A stretch of DNA of 64,000 nt from a virus. The stretch is from positions 44,577 to 108,576 of IMG/VR virus record IMGVR_UViG_3300034284_000578. One strand, written 5' to 3'. Below, piece by piece: positions 29,716-39,320 of the stretch (position 1 is the stretch's first letter; each line of letters begins with the position of its first letter). The position numbers were made by a program, and so were the translations under genes. Below the pieces are notes generated by a model. The model had not been told where the DNA came from. It was given only the letters and a program-made list of their open reading frames with translations, and searched no databases.

Positions 29716-30063
29716 ATGAAAGTTCGATTGATTGATATTTATAGTTCTGTATCTGTTTTAAACAAATTAATTGAAGAACCACTTCCAACAAAGATTTCAT
29801 TTAAATTAATGAAACTGTTAAACGTATTGAACGCAGAAGTTAAGTTAGTAGAAGATCAAAGATTAAAGTTGGTAAAGCAATACGCATCAGATGGTACGGT
29901 TGTTTCTGAAGAAAATAAAGAACTATTTTTGAAAGAATTTAGTGAGTTTTTGAACGAAGAAGTAGATGTCTCATGGGAACCAATTGAAGTAGATACGTTG
30001 GGCGATAACATGAAACTTTCGGTTGCAGATTTAGCAAAAATTCAATATTTGTTTAAAGATTAA
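29716..30063 (+). CDS. Hypothetical helical phage protein (DUF1617-like)
   Basis: Strong SD and its own promoter. The LP.KISFKL.K.......E......R.KLVKQY pattern resembles DUF1617-type proteins. Confidence 0.6.
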   Translation: MKVRLIDIYSSVSVLNKLIEEPLPTKISFKLMKLLNVLNAEVKLVEDQRLKLVKQYASDGTVVSEENKELFLKEFSEFLNEEVDVSWEPIEVDTLGDNMKLSVADLAKIQYLFKD

Positions 30064-30086
30064 GTAAACAACATTTACAAAAAAGG

Positions 30087-30125
30087 ATCTCCTTGGTTTT
30101 ATAAATAATGTAGAACCAAGGAGAT
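30087..30125 (+). promoter_or_regulatory. Late promoter TATAAATA inside an RBS-sequestering hairpin upstream of gp13
   Basis: Perfect 12-bp inverted repeat atctccttggtt (30087-30098) / aaccaaggagat (30114-30125); TATAAATA at 30100-30107; SD AAGGAG in the right arm. Confidence 0.85.
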
Positions 30126-30132
30126 TTTACAT

Positions 30133-30957
30133 ATGGCAAAACCTTCAACAAGGGAACAACTTAAAGATTATTGTCTAAGACGACTCGGTTATCCTGTTGT
30201 ACAAATCAACGTGGATGATTCGCAAATAGAGGATCGTGTAGACGATGCTTTACAGTTTTTTGCCGAATACCATTTTGATGGTGTAGAGAGAGTTTATTTA
30301 AGAAAACAAGTCACTCAGCAAGACATAGAGCGGGGTTATATAGATTTAACCCAACCAACTTTGGCTGCAACTGACGATGGTATAGAAATTAAAGCAGCAC
30401 CCGCATTAGACCCAGATGGTAATTCAATAATTAGTGTAATTCGTTGCTTTCAATTATTTGATACTTTGGGTGGTTTGGGTATGTTTGATGCAAAGTATCA
30501 AATCGCTTTAAATGACTTATACGGGTTAAGAACCAACACATATGGTGACTCGTTAATTGGGTATAACATAACAAGAAGTCATATGCAAATGCTTCAGGAT
30601 ATGTTGACCCCCGAGAAGATGATTGAGTTTAGCCGTGTCACAAACAGAATTTATGTGGAAACAAATTGGTCAGAAAAAATGACTAAGGGTGATTACTTGG
30701 TATTTGAGGCATATAAAATTCTTGATCCTTCGTTGTATCCAGAAATCTATAATGATCGTTTATTAAAGATGTACTTGACTGCTTTAATTAAGCAACAATG
30801 GGGATTGAATTTATCGAAGTTTAGCGGTATGAGTTTACCGGGTGGTGTTTCATTTAATGGTGCTAATATGGCATCTGAAGCAAAATCAGAAGTTGAAAAA
30901 ATAGAAAACGAAATTCAAGCCAAATACGAACTCCCACCACAAGGATTTATAGGATAA
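30133..30957 (+). CDS. gp13: Neck protein gp13
   Basis: MAKP..R.QLKDYCLRRLG.PV.QINVDD.Q..DR.DDALQ.F.EYHFDG; KQQWG.NLSKF.G..LPGGV. Confidence 0.95.
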   Translation: MAKPSTREQLKDYCLRRLGYPVVQINVDDSQIEDRVDDALQFFAEYHFDGVERVYLRKQVTQQDIERGYIDLTQPTLAATDDGIEIKAAPALDPDGNSIISVIRCFQLFDTLGGLGMFDAKYQIALNDLYGLRTNTYGDSLIGYNITRSHMQMLQDMLTPEKMIEFSRVTNRIYVETNWSEKMTKGDYLVFEAYKILDPSLYPEIYNDRLLKMYLTALIKQQWGLNLSKFSGMSLPGGVSFNGANMASEAKSEVEKIENEIQAKYELPPQGFIG

Positions 30958-30958
30958 A

Positions 30959-31675
30959 ATGGCTTTAAATCCACACTTTAATAATTACGCCTATAAGCCC
31001 CAACAAGATCTCATGGAAGATCTTATTGAGGAGTCCATTAAAATTAATGGAATAAATGTCTATTACATTCCTCGTAGATTTGCAAATTTAGATCAGTTGT
31101 TTGGTGAAGATTCTACTTCTTATTTTAAAGATGCAATTCAAATAGAAATGTTTATGGACAACTACTCTGGGTTTTCTGGAGAGCGCGAAATTATTTCAAA
31201 GTTTGGTTTAGAAATAAGAGATACATTAAGTTTAGTTGTTTCGAAAAGAAGATTCCAAAGAGAAGCAGCAAAATTTGAAGTAATGGCAGATCGTCCAGTT
31301 CAAATAAGCAATCCAATGGAAGGTGATTTAATTTTTCATCCATTCTCAAAGGGATTATTTGAAATTAAATATGTAGATAACAAAGAAGTATTTTATCAAT
31401 TTGGAAAACTATACACATATAAATTAGAATGCGAACTCTTCAAGTACTCTTACGAAAACTTGAATACTGGTATATCCGAAATAGATTCAATACAAACAAA
31501 TTTGACGCAAACTGTTACACAACAAATGGATTATAATTCCGATGGAATCGTAGACGAGACCATCACATCTATTCAAGATACAAAACAACAAAGCGATAAT
31601 GATATACTACAATCTGGTACAAGAGATTTGATTGACTTTACTGAAATTGATCCATTCTCGGAGAATAAGTATTAA
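30959..31675 (+). CDS. gp14: Neck protein gp14
   Basis: Q.L.EDL..ESIKI.G..VYYIPR, SKFGLEIRD, EGDLIF.P and DFTE.DPF motifs. Confidence 0.95.
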   Translation: MALNPHFNNYAYKPQQDLMEDLIEESIKINGINVYYIPRRFANLDQLFGEDSTSYFKDAIQIEMFMDNYSGFSGEREIISKFGLEIRDTLSLVVSKRRFQREAAKFEVMADRPVQISNPMEGDLIFHPFSKGLFEIKYVDNKEVFYQFGKLYTYKLECELFKYSYENLNTGISEIDSIQTNLTQTVTQQMDYNSDGIVDETITSIQDTKQQSDNDILQSGTRDLIDFTEIDPFSENKY

Positions 31676-32343
31676 TGTTTACTACTTTCTATCATGGTAT
31701 TACAAAAAAGATAACAGCGGCTTTTGGTACGCTGTTTAATAACATTTACATAGAACGTGGTTCTGGGAATACTTATAAGAAAATAAAAGTTCCATTAACA
31801 TATGCTCCAAAAGAAAGAATGATGGAGCGTTTAAATTTGGAATTAGATGATCCTGTTGCATATGCAACTGCGCTTGGAATACCAAGAATGTCATTTATGA
31901 TGACAGGATTGGAATATGATACGGAAAGAAAACTGAATAGTTTAACAAAAAGACGCGCAGAAAAGGTACAAACAAATGGTGATGTTATCATTAATTATCA
32001 CTTTAACGAAGTACCATATAAACTAGCATTTTCTTTATTCATTTATAGTCGCACTATGGATGATGGTTTAAAAATTATTGAACAAATATTTCCATTCTTT
32101 ACACCTGAATTTACAATAACAATTAAACCAAGTGTATTGAGTGATGGTTATGAAAAATTAGATATTCCTATTACATTGGTTAGCACCAATACCGATCAAC
32201 AATTTGAAGGATCGTTTAAAGACGACAATCAAAGAACCATTATATTTGAATTGCAATTTACTGCTAGAACTTATTACTATGGACCAGTAAAAGAAGCAGG
32301 ACTTATCAAAACTATCGACGTTAATCTTTTCAATTTGGATTAA
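31675..32343 (+). CDS. gp15: Tail sheath stabiliser / terminator gp15 (short at the C-terminus)
   Basis: FYH...K....AFGTLFNNI, KVPLTYAPK, PRMSF and EQI.PFF.P motifs. Confidence 0.92.
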   Translation: MFTTFYHGITKKITAAFGTLFNNIYIERGSGNTYKKIKVPLTYAPKERMMERLNLELDDPVAYATALGIPRMSFMMTGLEYDTERKLNSLTKRRAEKVQTNGDVIINYHFNEVPYKLAFSLFIYSRTMDDGLKIIEQIFPFFTPEFTITIKPSVLSDGYEKLDIPITLVSTNTDQQFEGSFKDDNQRTIIFELQFTARTYYYGPVKEAGLIKTIDVNLFNLD

Positions 32344-32344
32344 T

Positions 32345-32512
32345 ATGGCAAAGAAATTAGTAAACATTCATATAGAACCAGTAGTATATTTAAAGGACAC
32401 CAATGATGATTATGTCCTAGATACTAATGGCGATAAAATTGAATTAAAGTCTGGAGTACAAGTAGTTCCAAGTGATGACTACGATATAAAAGAAACAATC
32501 ACAGAATATTAA
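32345..32512 (+). CDS. 55-aa ORF absent from the ORF track; resembles a detached gp15 C-terminal tail
   Basis: ATG lies 1 nt after the gp15 stop. Translates as MAKKLVNIHIEPVVYLKDTNDD...PSDDYDIKETITEY* and fills the gp15-gp16 gap. Confidence 0.65.
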   Translation: MAKKLVNIHIEPVVYLKDTNDDYVLDTNGDKIELKSGVQVVPSDDYDIKETITEY

Positions 32513-32522
32513 TGGATACATT

Positions 32523-32978
32523 ATGTCATTTGATGAACTGGAAAAACAATTTAATATAGAACCAACCCCGCAACCAGAAGTCCCACAATTACGCAAAGCA
32601 ACAGAAATTACTGTTCAAAAGGACGATCTGGATAAAGATTATCTCACGGTAAGAGATAATTTAAAAGAACTAATAAACAAAGGTACATCTGCTATAGATG
32701 GTATTCTGAATTTAGCATCGGAAACAGAACAACCAAGAGCATATGAAGTTCTTGCACAATTAATTAAAACTGTTGCTGAGACGAATAAAGATCTGTTGGA
32801 TATGCACAACAAAATGAAGGTCATTAAGGGAGAACCTCAAGCCAATACTCCCAATTCTGTAACAACCAACAACTCCATATTTGTTGGTAGCACAGCAGAT
32901 CTTCAAAAACTGCTCCGTGGAAAAATAAAAGAAATTGAGAAGTTAGAAAATAATGGCGATATTATAGATGCAGAATAA
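32523..32978 (+). CDS. gp16: Terminase small subunit gp16
   Basis: DY...R.NL..LI.KG..A.DG, PRAYEV..QLIK and NN.IFVGSTADLQKLL motifs. Confidence 0.95.
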   Translation: MSFDELEKQFNIEPTPQPEVPQLRKATEITVQKDDLDKDYLTVRDNLKELINKGTSAIDGILNLASETEQPRAYEVLAQLIKTVAETNKDLLDMHNKMKVIKGEPQANTPNSVTTNNSIFVGSTADLQKLLRGKIKEIEKLENNGDIIDAE

Positions 32979-34590
32979 AGAAAAAACATATCTTGGAAAT
33001 CCAAATCTTAAGCGAGCAAATGTAAACGTTTCTTTTACTCCCGAACAAGTAGAAGAATATGTTAAATGCTCTCAAGATCCGATTTACTTTATTAAAAACT
33101 ATGTCAAGATTGTAAGTCTGGACAAAGGACTTATCAATTTTAATATGTTTGATTTCCAAGAATTGTTTGTTGAAACTATTAATGAAAATAGATTCACAAT
33201 AGGCAAAATGCCTCGTCAGTGTGGTAAGTCAACTACTCTGGTTGCTTATATTCTTTGGTATATTCTTTTTAATCCTACCAGTAATGTTGCTATTCTTGCG
33301 AATAAACAAACTGTAGCAAAGTTGCACATGGATAGATTGAAGGTTGCATACGAATACCTCCCAAAGTGGCTGCAACAAGGTATTAAAGAATGGAATAAAA
33401 TGAGCATAGAACTGGAAAACGGTTCTAAAATTATTGCTGCTGCTACCTCTGCTTCTGCTATCCGTGGTGGATCTTTTAATCTCATCATGTTGGACGAGTT
33501 TGCTCACGTTCCCGAAAACATTGCAAATGATTTCTATACCTCTGTGTTTCCAACAATTACTTCTGGTAAGAGTACCAAATTAGTAATAATTTCCACACCA
33601 AATGGTTTGAATTTATTCTATAAGATTTGGGTAGATTCTGCGGAACACCGAAACGACTTTAAGAATGTAGAAATTCATTGGAGTCAAGTACCGGGTAGAG
33701 ATCAGGCTTGGCGGGAACAAGAAATCCGCAACTTGGGTTCTGAAGACAAGTTCCGAACAGAACACGAATGCGATTTCATTGGTTCTACAAATACACTTAT
33801 TAGTGCAAATAAATTAAAGACTTTGGTATTCCGCAATCCAATTTATAAAAATGACGATGGATTGAAAGTTTATGAAAAACCAAAAGAGAAGCATAGTTAT
33901 TTGACTTTGGTTGATACCTCTAGAGGACAAGGATTAGACTATAGTGCATTTTGTGTACTTGATATAACTGAGATGCCCTATAAGGTTGTTGCTGTGTTTA
34001 AAAATAACATGATTTCTCCTATGGTATATCCCAATATTATTATGAATACTTCTAGGGAATACAATGAAGCATTTATTTTAGTAGAAATTAATGATATTGG
34101 CGGACAAGTTGCTGATATTTTGTATAAAGAATTGGAATATGAAAATGTTCTAATATCTTCGGTACGGGGAAGAAAGGGTCAGACTTTAGATGGTGGGTTT
34201 GGTAATTCGGATACCCAGTTGGGTGTACGCACCACAAAGGTTGTAAAGCGTCTAGGATGCTCCGTATTGAAGAGTATGATAGAGAGCGACAAACTGATAC
34301 TAAACGATATCGATATCATGCGGGAACTTGTTACCTTTATTTCAAAAAATAATTCATATGAAGCAGATACTGGCAGCAATGACGATCTGATCATGTGCTT
34401 GGTTCTTTTTGGTTGGTTGAGTACACAAACTTATTTTAAAGATTTGACAGATTTGGATATAAGAAAGACTCTATTTCAAAAGCAAATTGATGCGATTGAG
34501 GAAGAAATTATGCCTTTTGGTTTCCTAAGTAACGTGGATTATGGGGATGATGATGGGTTTGGTGGTGAATTTGGCAATACTATTTTGTAA
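32968..34590 (+). CDS. gp17: Terminase large subunit gp17
   Basis: YLGNPNLK; Walker A MPRQCGKSTT; Walker B LDEFAH; STPNG; nuclease motifs VDTSRG.G.DYSAF and NDDL.M. Confidence 0.97.
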   Translation: MQNKEKTYLGNPNLKRANVNVSFTPEQVEEYVKCSQDPIYFIKNYVKIVSLDKGLINFNMFDFQELFVETINENRFTIGKMPRQCGKSTTLVAYILWYILFNPTSNVAILANKQTVAKLHMDRLKVAYEYLPKWLQQGIKEWNKMSIELENGSKIIAAATSASAIRGGSFNLIMLDEFAHVPENIANDFYTSVFPTITSGKSTKLVIISTPNGLNLFYKIWVDSAEHRNDFKNVEIHWSQVPGRDQAWREQEIRNLGSEDKFRTEHECDFIGSTNTLISANKLKTLVFRNPIYKNDDGLKVYEKPKEKHSYLTLVDTSRGQGLDYSAFCVLDITEMPYKVVAVFKNNMISPMVYPNIIMNTSREYNEAFILVEINDIGGQVADILYKELEYENVLISSVRGRKGQTLDGGFGNSDTQLGVRTTKVVKRLGCSVLKSMIESDKLILNDIDIMRELVTFISKNNSYEADTGSNDDLIMCLVLFGWLSTQTYFKDLTDLDIRKTLFQKQIDAIEEEIMPFGFLSNVDYGDDDGFGGEFGNTIL

Positions 34591-34610
34591 AAATCGAAAC
34601 ACCATAAAAT

Positions 34611-34618
34611 TATACATA
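34611..34618 (+). promoter_or_regulatory. Putative late promoter variant TATACATA upstream of gp18
   Basis: One mismatch to TATAAATA, intergenic. The same context aattatacatatt recurs upstream of regA. Confidence 0.55.
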
Positions 34619-34679
34619 TTCCTAGCAAATAGTATTTTCTAATTATAGAAATAACACACGGCGTCTAGAAGGAGAAACA

Positions 34680-36506
34680 ATGGCAATTCAAATTAGCCCA
34701 GGCGTAAATGTAACAGAAAAAGATGTCACACTTTTGGTGCCAGCAATCGCCACCACACCAGCAGGTATGATTGGCTTGTTCCAATGGGGACCAGGCAACG
34801 AACCAGTGACAATTACGAGCGAAAAAGAACTTTCAGAAGTATTTTATAAGCCAGCAAAAGCATCAGGCGTAATGACCGATGCCACCAAATACAACAGGTG
34901 GTGGTGGTCTGCTGCCAATTTCTTGTCTTACGGTAACAATATTAAAATTGTAAGATTTATTAACGATAGTGCTGGTTCATTTACCGCAACCTCAGGAACT
35001 GCTGCGGTTGCAGGACATAATCTTTGCGGATTGACATCATTTAGAGCATATACCCCAGTAGTTGGAAATGGATTCTGGGGAGCAAAGTATCCAGGCGAAC
35101 TCGGCAACAGCATCAAGGTAGTTGTTTTAGATTACTATGCTGCTGAAACATATGATGCCGATACAGACGGAAACGCCAATCAATATATCGACTACATTGG
35201 TAATTTTGATGGTTTGCCAGGAACATCCCCTTGGGCAGAAACAGTAACCGGAGCAGAAATTAAAGACGAGATTCACGTTCTTGTAATTGATGCTGATGGT
35301 AAAATTTCTGGTACTGCTGGTACAATTCTTGAAAAATTTGCATACCTTTCAAAGGCATCAAACGCAGTAAATCAAAACGGAACAACTAATTATTATAAAG
35401 ATGTTATTAACAATGAATCAAAGTATGTTTGGTCATTATATCATTTAGATAACGCAAGTGCTGCAAATAATTCATCAAATGTAAGTGCATTTGGTGCTGT
35501 AAGTTCCACTGGTACTACACCGTGGGGAACCGCCGTAACAACTACTACATCCGCCTTTAAAGTAGTTAAAACTGGTGAAAATCTTGTTGTTACTATGCTC
35601 TACGGTGGATTGGTTGGAAATACACCAAATGATAACGATATCGCAGAAGCATTTAACACATACATGGGTGATCCAGAAATTATCGATGTTTCAATGTTCA
35701 TTACCGGACCACTTGGTAAAACAGCGGCTTATCGTGTAACAGAAATAGCAGAAACAAGAAAAGATGTTGTGGCATTCGTGTCCCCAACACCAACAAATGG
35801 TTTCAATCAAACACCAAGTGCATATTTGAATGACATCATCACATTTAGAACAAATGGAGATTCCACTTCATACGGTGTAGCCGATACTGGTTACAAATTG
35901 CAATACGACAATTATAACGACGAATATGTTTATATTCCTCTAAATGCAGATATTGCAGGATTGTGCGCTCGTACAGACACAACAAACGATCCTTGGTTCT
36001 CTCCAGCCGGATTAAACCGTGGTGGAATTAACAGAGTAATCAAACTTCCTTTCAATCCAAATCAAGCACAACGCGATGATTTGTATAAGATTGGAATGAA
36101 TCCTGTAGTTTCATTCCCCGGAATTGGTCCTGTTCTTTACGGAGACAAGACTCTCTTAAGTAGACCATCTGCCTTTGACAGAATCAATGTTCGCAGATTG
36201 TTCATAATTCTTGAGAAATCAATTGCAACTGCCGCCAAGTTCCAACTCTTTGAATTCAACGATGAGTTTACAAGAGCACAATTTGTAAACTTGGTAACTC
36301 CATTCCTCAGAAATGTTCTTGGAAGAAGAGGTATCACCGATTTCCGTGTAGTTTGTGATGAAACAAACAATACAGCACAAGTAATCGACTCAAACAACTT
36401 TGTAGCAGATATCTATATCAAACCAAACAAATCAATCAACTTCATTCAACTCAACTTCATTGCTACACCAACTGGTTTGAGCTTTGAAGAGGTCGTTGGA
36501 GCCTAA
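34680..36506 (+). CDS. gp18: Tail sheath protein gp18
   Basis: SPGV.V.E.D, G.FQWGP, PWFSPAG..RG, SAFDRINVRRLF and SINFIQLNF motifs. Confidence 0.97.
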   Translation: MAIQISPGVNVTEKDVTLLVPAIATTPAGMIGLFQWGPGNEPVTITSEKELSEVFYKPAKASGVMTDATKYNRWWWSAANFLSYGNNIKIVRFINDSAGSFTATSGTAAVAGHNLCGLTSFRAYTPVVGNGFWGAKYPGELGNSIKVVVLDYYAAETYDADTDGNANQYIDYIGNFDGLPGTSPWAETVTGAEIKDEIHVLVIDADGKISGTAGTILEKFAYLSKASNAVNQNGTTNYYKDVINNESKYVWSLYHLDNASAANNSSNVSAFGAVSSTGTTPWGTAVTTTTSAFKVVKTGENLVVTMLYGGLVGNTPNDNDIAEAFNTYMGDPEIIDVSMFITGPLGKTAAYRVTEIAETRKDVVAFVSPTPTNGFNQTPSAYLNDIITFRTNGDSTSYGVADTGYKLQYDNYNDEYVYIPLNADIAGLCARTDTTNDPWFSPAGLNRGGINRVIKLPFNPNQAQRDDLYKIGMNPVVSFPGIGPVLYGDKTLLSRPSAFDRINVRRLFIILEKSIATAAKFQLFEFNDEFTRAQFVNLVTPFLRNVLGRRGITDFRVVCDETNNTAQVIDSNNFVADIYIKPNKSINFIQLNFIATPTGLSFEEVVGA

Positions 36507-36524
36507 TCGAAGAGGGAGCAATAA

Positions 36525-37070
36525 ATGGACATTAGCAAGTTTACATCTAAATTCGATGGCGGAGCAAGATCAAATCTGTTCCAATTCAGAGTCAGTAATT
36601 TACCATCAGGCATTCCTGCTTTCAATGCGGACGATCAAATCATCCACGTTAAAAGCATTCAATTGCCAGAAACAACAGTTGGTGAAATTCCTGTAAATCA
36701 CATGGGAAGAATTTACAAATTCCCAGGCGATAGAGTTTATAATGACGTATCACTTACTATCTTGAGTGATGGTAGTGATATGCGCGTAAGACATTTCTTC
36801 GAAGCATGGAACCATGTTTGGAATCGTCATTTTGCAAACGTAGGATTGTTGCCAAATGCTGAAAACTTGAACGCTGTAGTTGAATTAATTCAATTGGATC
36901 GCGGTCACAACCCAATCAGAACATATAAACTACAAAAAGCATGGTGCAGTGATGTCTCTGCCGTAGATTTGTCACACGACAACAATGACGCTTTAGTTGA
37001 ATTTACAGTAACATTGAAGTACCACTTCTTCGAAGTAGACGGTAAGAACGGTCTTCACTTAAGACGTTAA
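36525..37070 (+). CDS. gp19: Tail tube protein gp19
   Basis: GGAR.NLF, GR..K.PGDR, FEAW and EFTVT..Y motifs; follows gp18. Confidence 0.93.
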   Translation: MDISKFTSKFDGGARSNLFQFRVSNLPSGIPAFNADDQIIHVKSIQLPETTVGEIPVNHMGRIYKFPGDRVYNDVSLTILSDGSDMRVRHFFEAWNHVWNRHFANVGLLPNAENLNAVVELIQLDRGHNPIRTYKLQKAWCSDVSAVDLSHDNNDALVEFTVTLKYHFFEVDGKNGLHLRR

Positions 37071-37101
37071 CCTACCTATATACTCGTGAAGGAGTTTTAT
37101 A

Positions 37102-38739
37102 ATGGCATTTGATATATTCGGTTTTACTTTTGGTAGAACTAAAGAGCAACAACAATCTGTTCCCTCAGTAATTCCCCCGGCTATGGACGATGGCGCATCC
37201 TTCGTCCAAGCCGGTGGTTTTCAAGGTTGGTATGTAGATCTTGATGGTACTGTCAAGTCTGATGTAGATTTGGTTAAAAAGTATCGTGAAATGAGTCTCC
37301 ATGCTGAAGTTGAAATGGGCATAGAAGATATTGTGAATGAAGTAATAACAGAAGATGCTTCCGGTACATTTATTAAATTAAATATAGACAAAGTAGATTC
37401 TAGTATTATTCCAGAAGAAGTTAAAAAAGTTTTATATGACGAATTTAAACACATTTTATTCTTATTGGATTTCAATAGAAAGTGTTATGAGATTGTTCGT
37501 CGCTGGTATATTGATGGTAGGTTATATTACCACATTATTCTGGAAGATGATCCACGACAAGGAATAAAAGAAGTACGACAAGTAGATCCTCTTAGAATTA
37601 AAAAAGTAAGAGAAATAAAGAAAAAACAAAAAGTAAATGGTGTTGATGTTATTGATGGTGTAGAAGAATATTATTTGTACACCGTTCAAGAAAGATTTAA
37701 CATGTATGATACCACTCAAGGTATCAAGTTATCTCCCGACTCCATTAATTACTGCCACTCAGGTTTATTTGATTACGGCACAAAAAGAGTAGTAAGTTAT
37801 CTTCATAAAGCAATTAAACCATTGAACCAATTAAGAATGGTCGAAGATGCTACCGTAATTTATCGTTGGTCAAGAGCACCAGAGCGTAGAATATTCTATA
37901 TCGACGTTGGTTCTTTGCCAAAAAATAAAGCAGAGCAGTATCTGAGAGACATCATGTTGCGTTATCGCAATAAGATTACATACGATGCCGGTACTGGCGA
38001 AATCCGCGACGACAGAAAACACTTGAGTATGTTGGAAGATTATTGGCTCCCCCGTCGTGAAGGTGGTAAGGGAACAGAAATTCAAACACTATCCGGTGGT
38101 CAAAATCTAGGCGAAATGGAAGATGTAAAATACTTCCAAAAGAAACTGTTTAGAAGTTTGAATATACCCATGTCACGTTTAGAAGCGGACAATGGATTTA
38201 ACATGGGTAGAGCAGCAGATATTAGCAGAGACGAATTAAAGTTTGCTAAATTTATTTCTCGCCTTCGCTCTCGGTTCTCAGAGTTGTTCTTAAACTTTAT
38301 GAGAACTCAATTGATTGCAAAAGGAATAGTAGATATTGACGAATGGAATAAGATTTGTCAATATATCCGATTTGACTATTCTACAGATTCAATGTTCTTA
38401 GAATCTAAGCAATCTGAAGTGCTAAAAGACAGAATGGCAATTTTGAGAGAAGTTTCCGATTATTCTGGTAAGTATTTCTCGGAAGAATGGATTAGAAAGA
38501 ATATTCTTCATCAAACAGACGAAGACATTCAATTGATTGATTCTCAAATTGAACAAGAAAAAATGATACAAGAACAAAAGCAAATGGAAGAACAAATGCG
38601 CGCCGAGCAATTGGCAGCACAAACTATGGGTGTTCCTGGCGGTGCGCCTGGAGCGGGAGCATCCGCACCAAGTCAACCAACAGCAGTTGCACCACAGCAA
38701 TCAACGGGAGTAGATTACGATGCCAGCAGCCTTTTATGA
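37102..38739 (+). CDS. gp20: Portal vertex protein gp20
   Basis: RRWYIDGR, SYLHKAIKPLNQLRM.EDA.VIYR..RAPERRIFYIDVG and EDYWLPRREGG.GTEI motifs. Confidence 0.98.
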   Translation: MAFDIFGFTFGRTKEQQQSVPSVIPPAMDDGASFVQAGGFQGWYVDLDGTVKSDVDLVKKYREMSLHAEVEMGIEDIVNEVITEDASGTFIKLNIDKVDSSIIPEEVKKVLYDEFKHILFLLDFNRKCYEIVRRWYIDGRLYYHIILEDDPRQGIKEVRQVDPLRIKKVREIKKKQKVNGVDVIDGVEEYYLYTVQERFNMYDTTQGIKLSPDSINYCHSGLFDYGTKRVVSYLHKAIKPLNQLRMVEDATVIYRWSRAPERRIFYIDVGSLPKNKAEQYLRDIMLRYRNKITYDAGTGEIRDDRKHLSMLEDYWLPRREGGKGTEIQTLSGGQNLGEMEDVKYFQKKLFRSLNIPMSRLEADNGFNMGRAADISRDELKFAKFISRLRSRFSELFLNFMRTQLIAKGIVDIDEWNKICQYIRFDYSTDSMFLESKQSEVLKDRMAILREVSDYSGKYFSEEWIRKNILHQTDEDIQLIDSQIEQEKMIQEQKQMEEQMRAEQLAAQTMGVPGGAPGAGASAPSQPTAVAPQQSTGVDYDASSLL

Positions 38740-39319
38740 ATTTAATATAGAACAAGGTTCTGATTTTATAACATCAGTAAAGGCGATGAAACCCGGCGGT
38801 GGTATTTTTCGCTTTATTCCAAAAGCAAATCAAACTGTTTGGACTGGTACAACTTTAAACATTGATGTGCCTGAAGAAATTAAGTTGTTTAAATCAACAG
38901 AATCTGCTGCATTCGGTTGGATGAAAGGTATACCATCTAGTACATTTTTGACGGTAAGAAGTAAAGTAAAAGATAATAAAGGTGTTTTACAAATACAAGG
39001 AACTAGAGTCTATACATTTAATGGTTCTACCAAAAGAATAACAACTACTAGTTTTAGTCCAGAGGCCTCAACCAAAGAACTAATAGAATTTACATTAGTT
39101 CCAGACAATACCGAATATAATTTAACTATGAGAATGCCTGCTGGCACAACCTGTGGAACAAATGGTAACGCACCAACAGGAACAACATGTTACAGTGGAA
39201 AATATCTTTATGATATTGAACTGGAATATAAAATTGGAGATGAGGGAGAAACACCAACCCCATTTGTTATTCGTTTATTGCAAGGAAGAATGACATTTAA
39301 TCCTAACGTAACCACGTAA
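38720..39319 (+). CDS. Putative virion adaptor/anchor protein (Ig-like, BppU-N-like)
   Basis: F.IEQG.DF N-terminus and G.Y.YDIE....RLLQG.....P.VT C-terminus, typical of small T4-like structural proteins that precede fibres. Confidence 0.6.
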   Translation: MPAAFYEFNIEQGSDFITSVKAMKPGGGIFRFIPKANQTVWTGTTLNIDVPEEIKLFKSTESAAFGWMKGIPSSTFLTVRSKVKDNKGVLQIQGTRVYTFNGSTKRITTTSFSPEASTKELIEFTLVPDNTEYNLTMRMPAGTTCGTNGNAPTGTTCYSGKYLYDIELEYKIGDEGETPTPFVIRLLQGRMTFNPNVTT

Positions 39320-39320
39320 A

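Noticed and set aside
37052-37092. Possible RBS hairpin upstream of gp20 (cttcac/gtgaag)
   Set aside because: The stem is only 6-7 bp with a long loop, and the upstream gene is also late, so it is likely chance.
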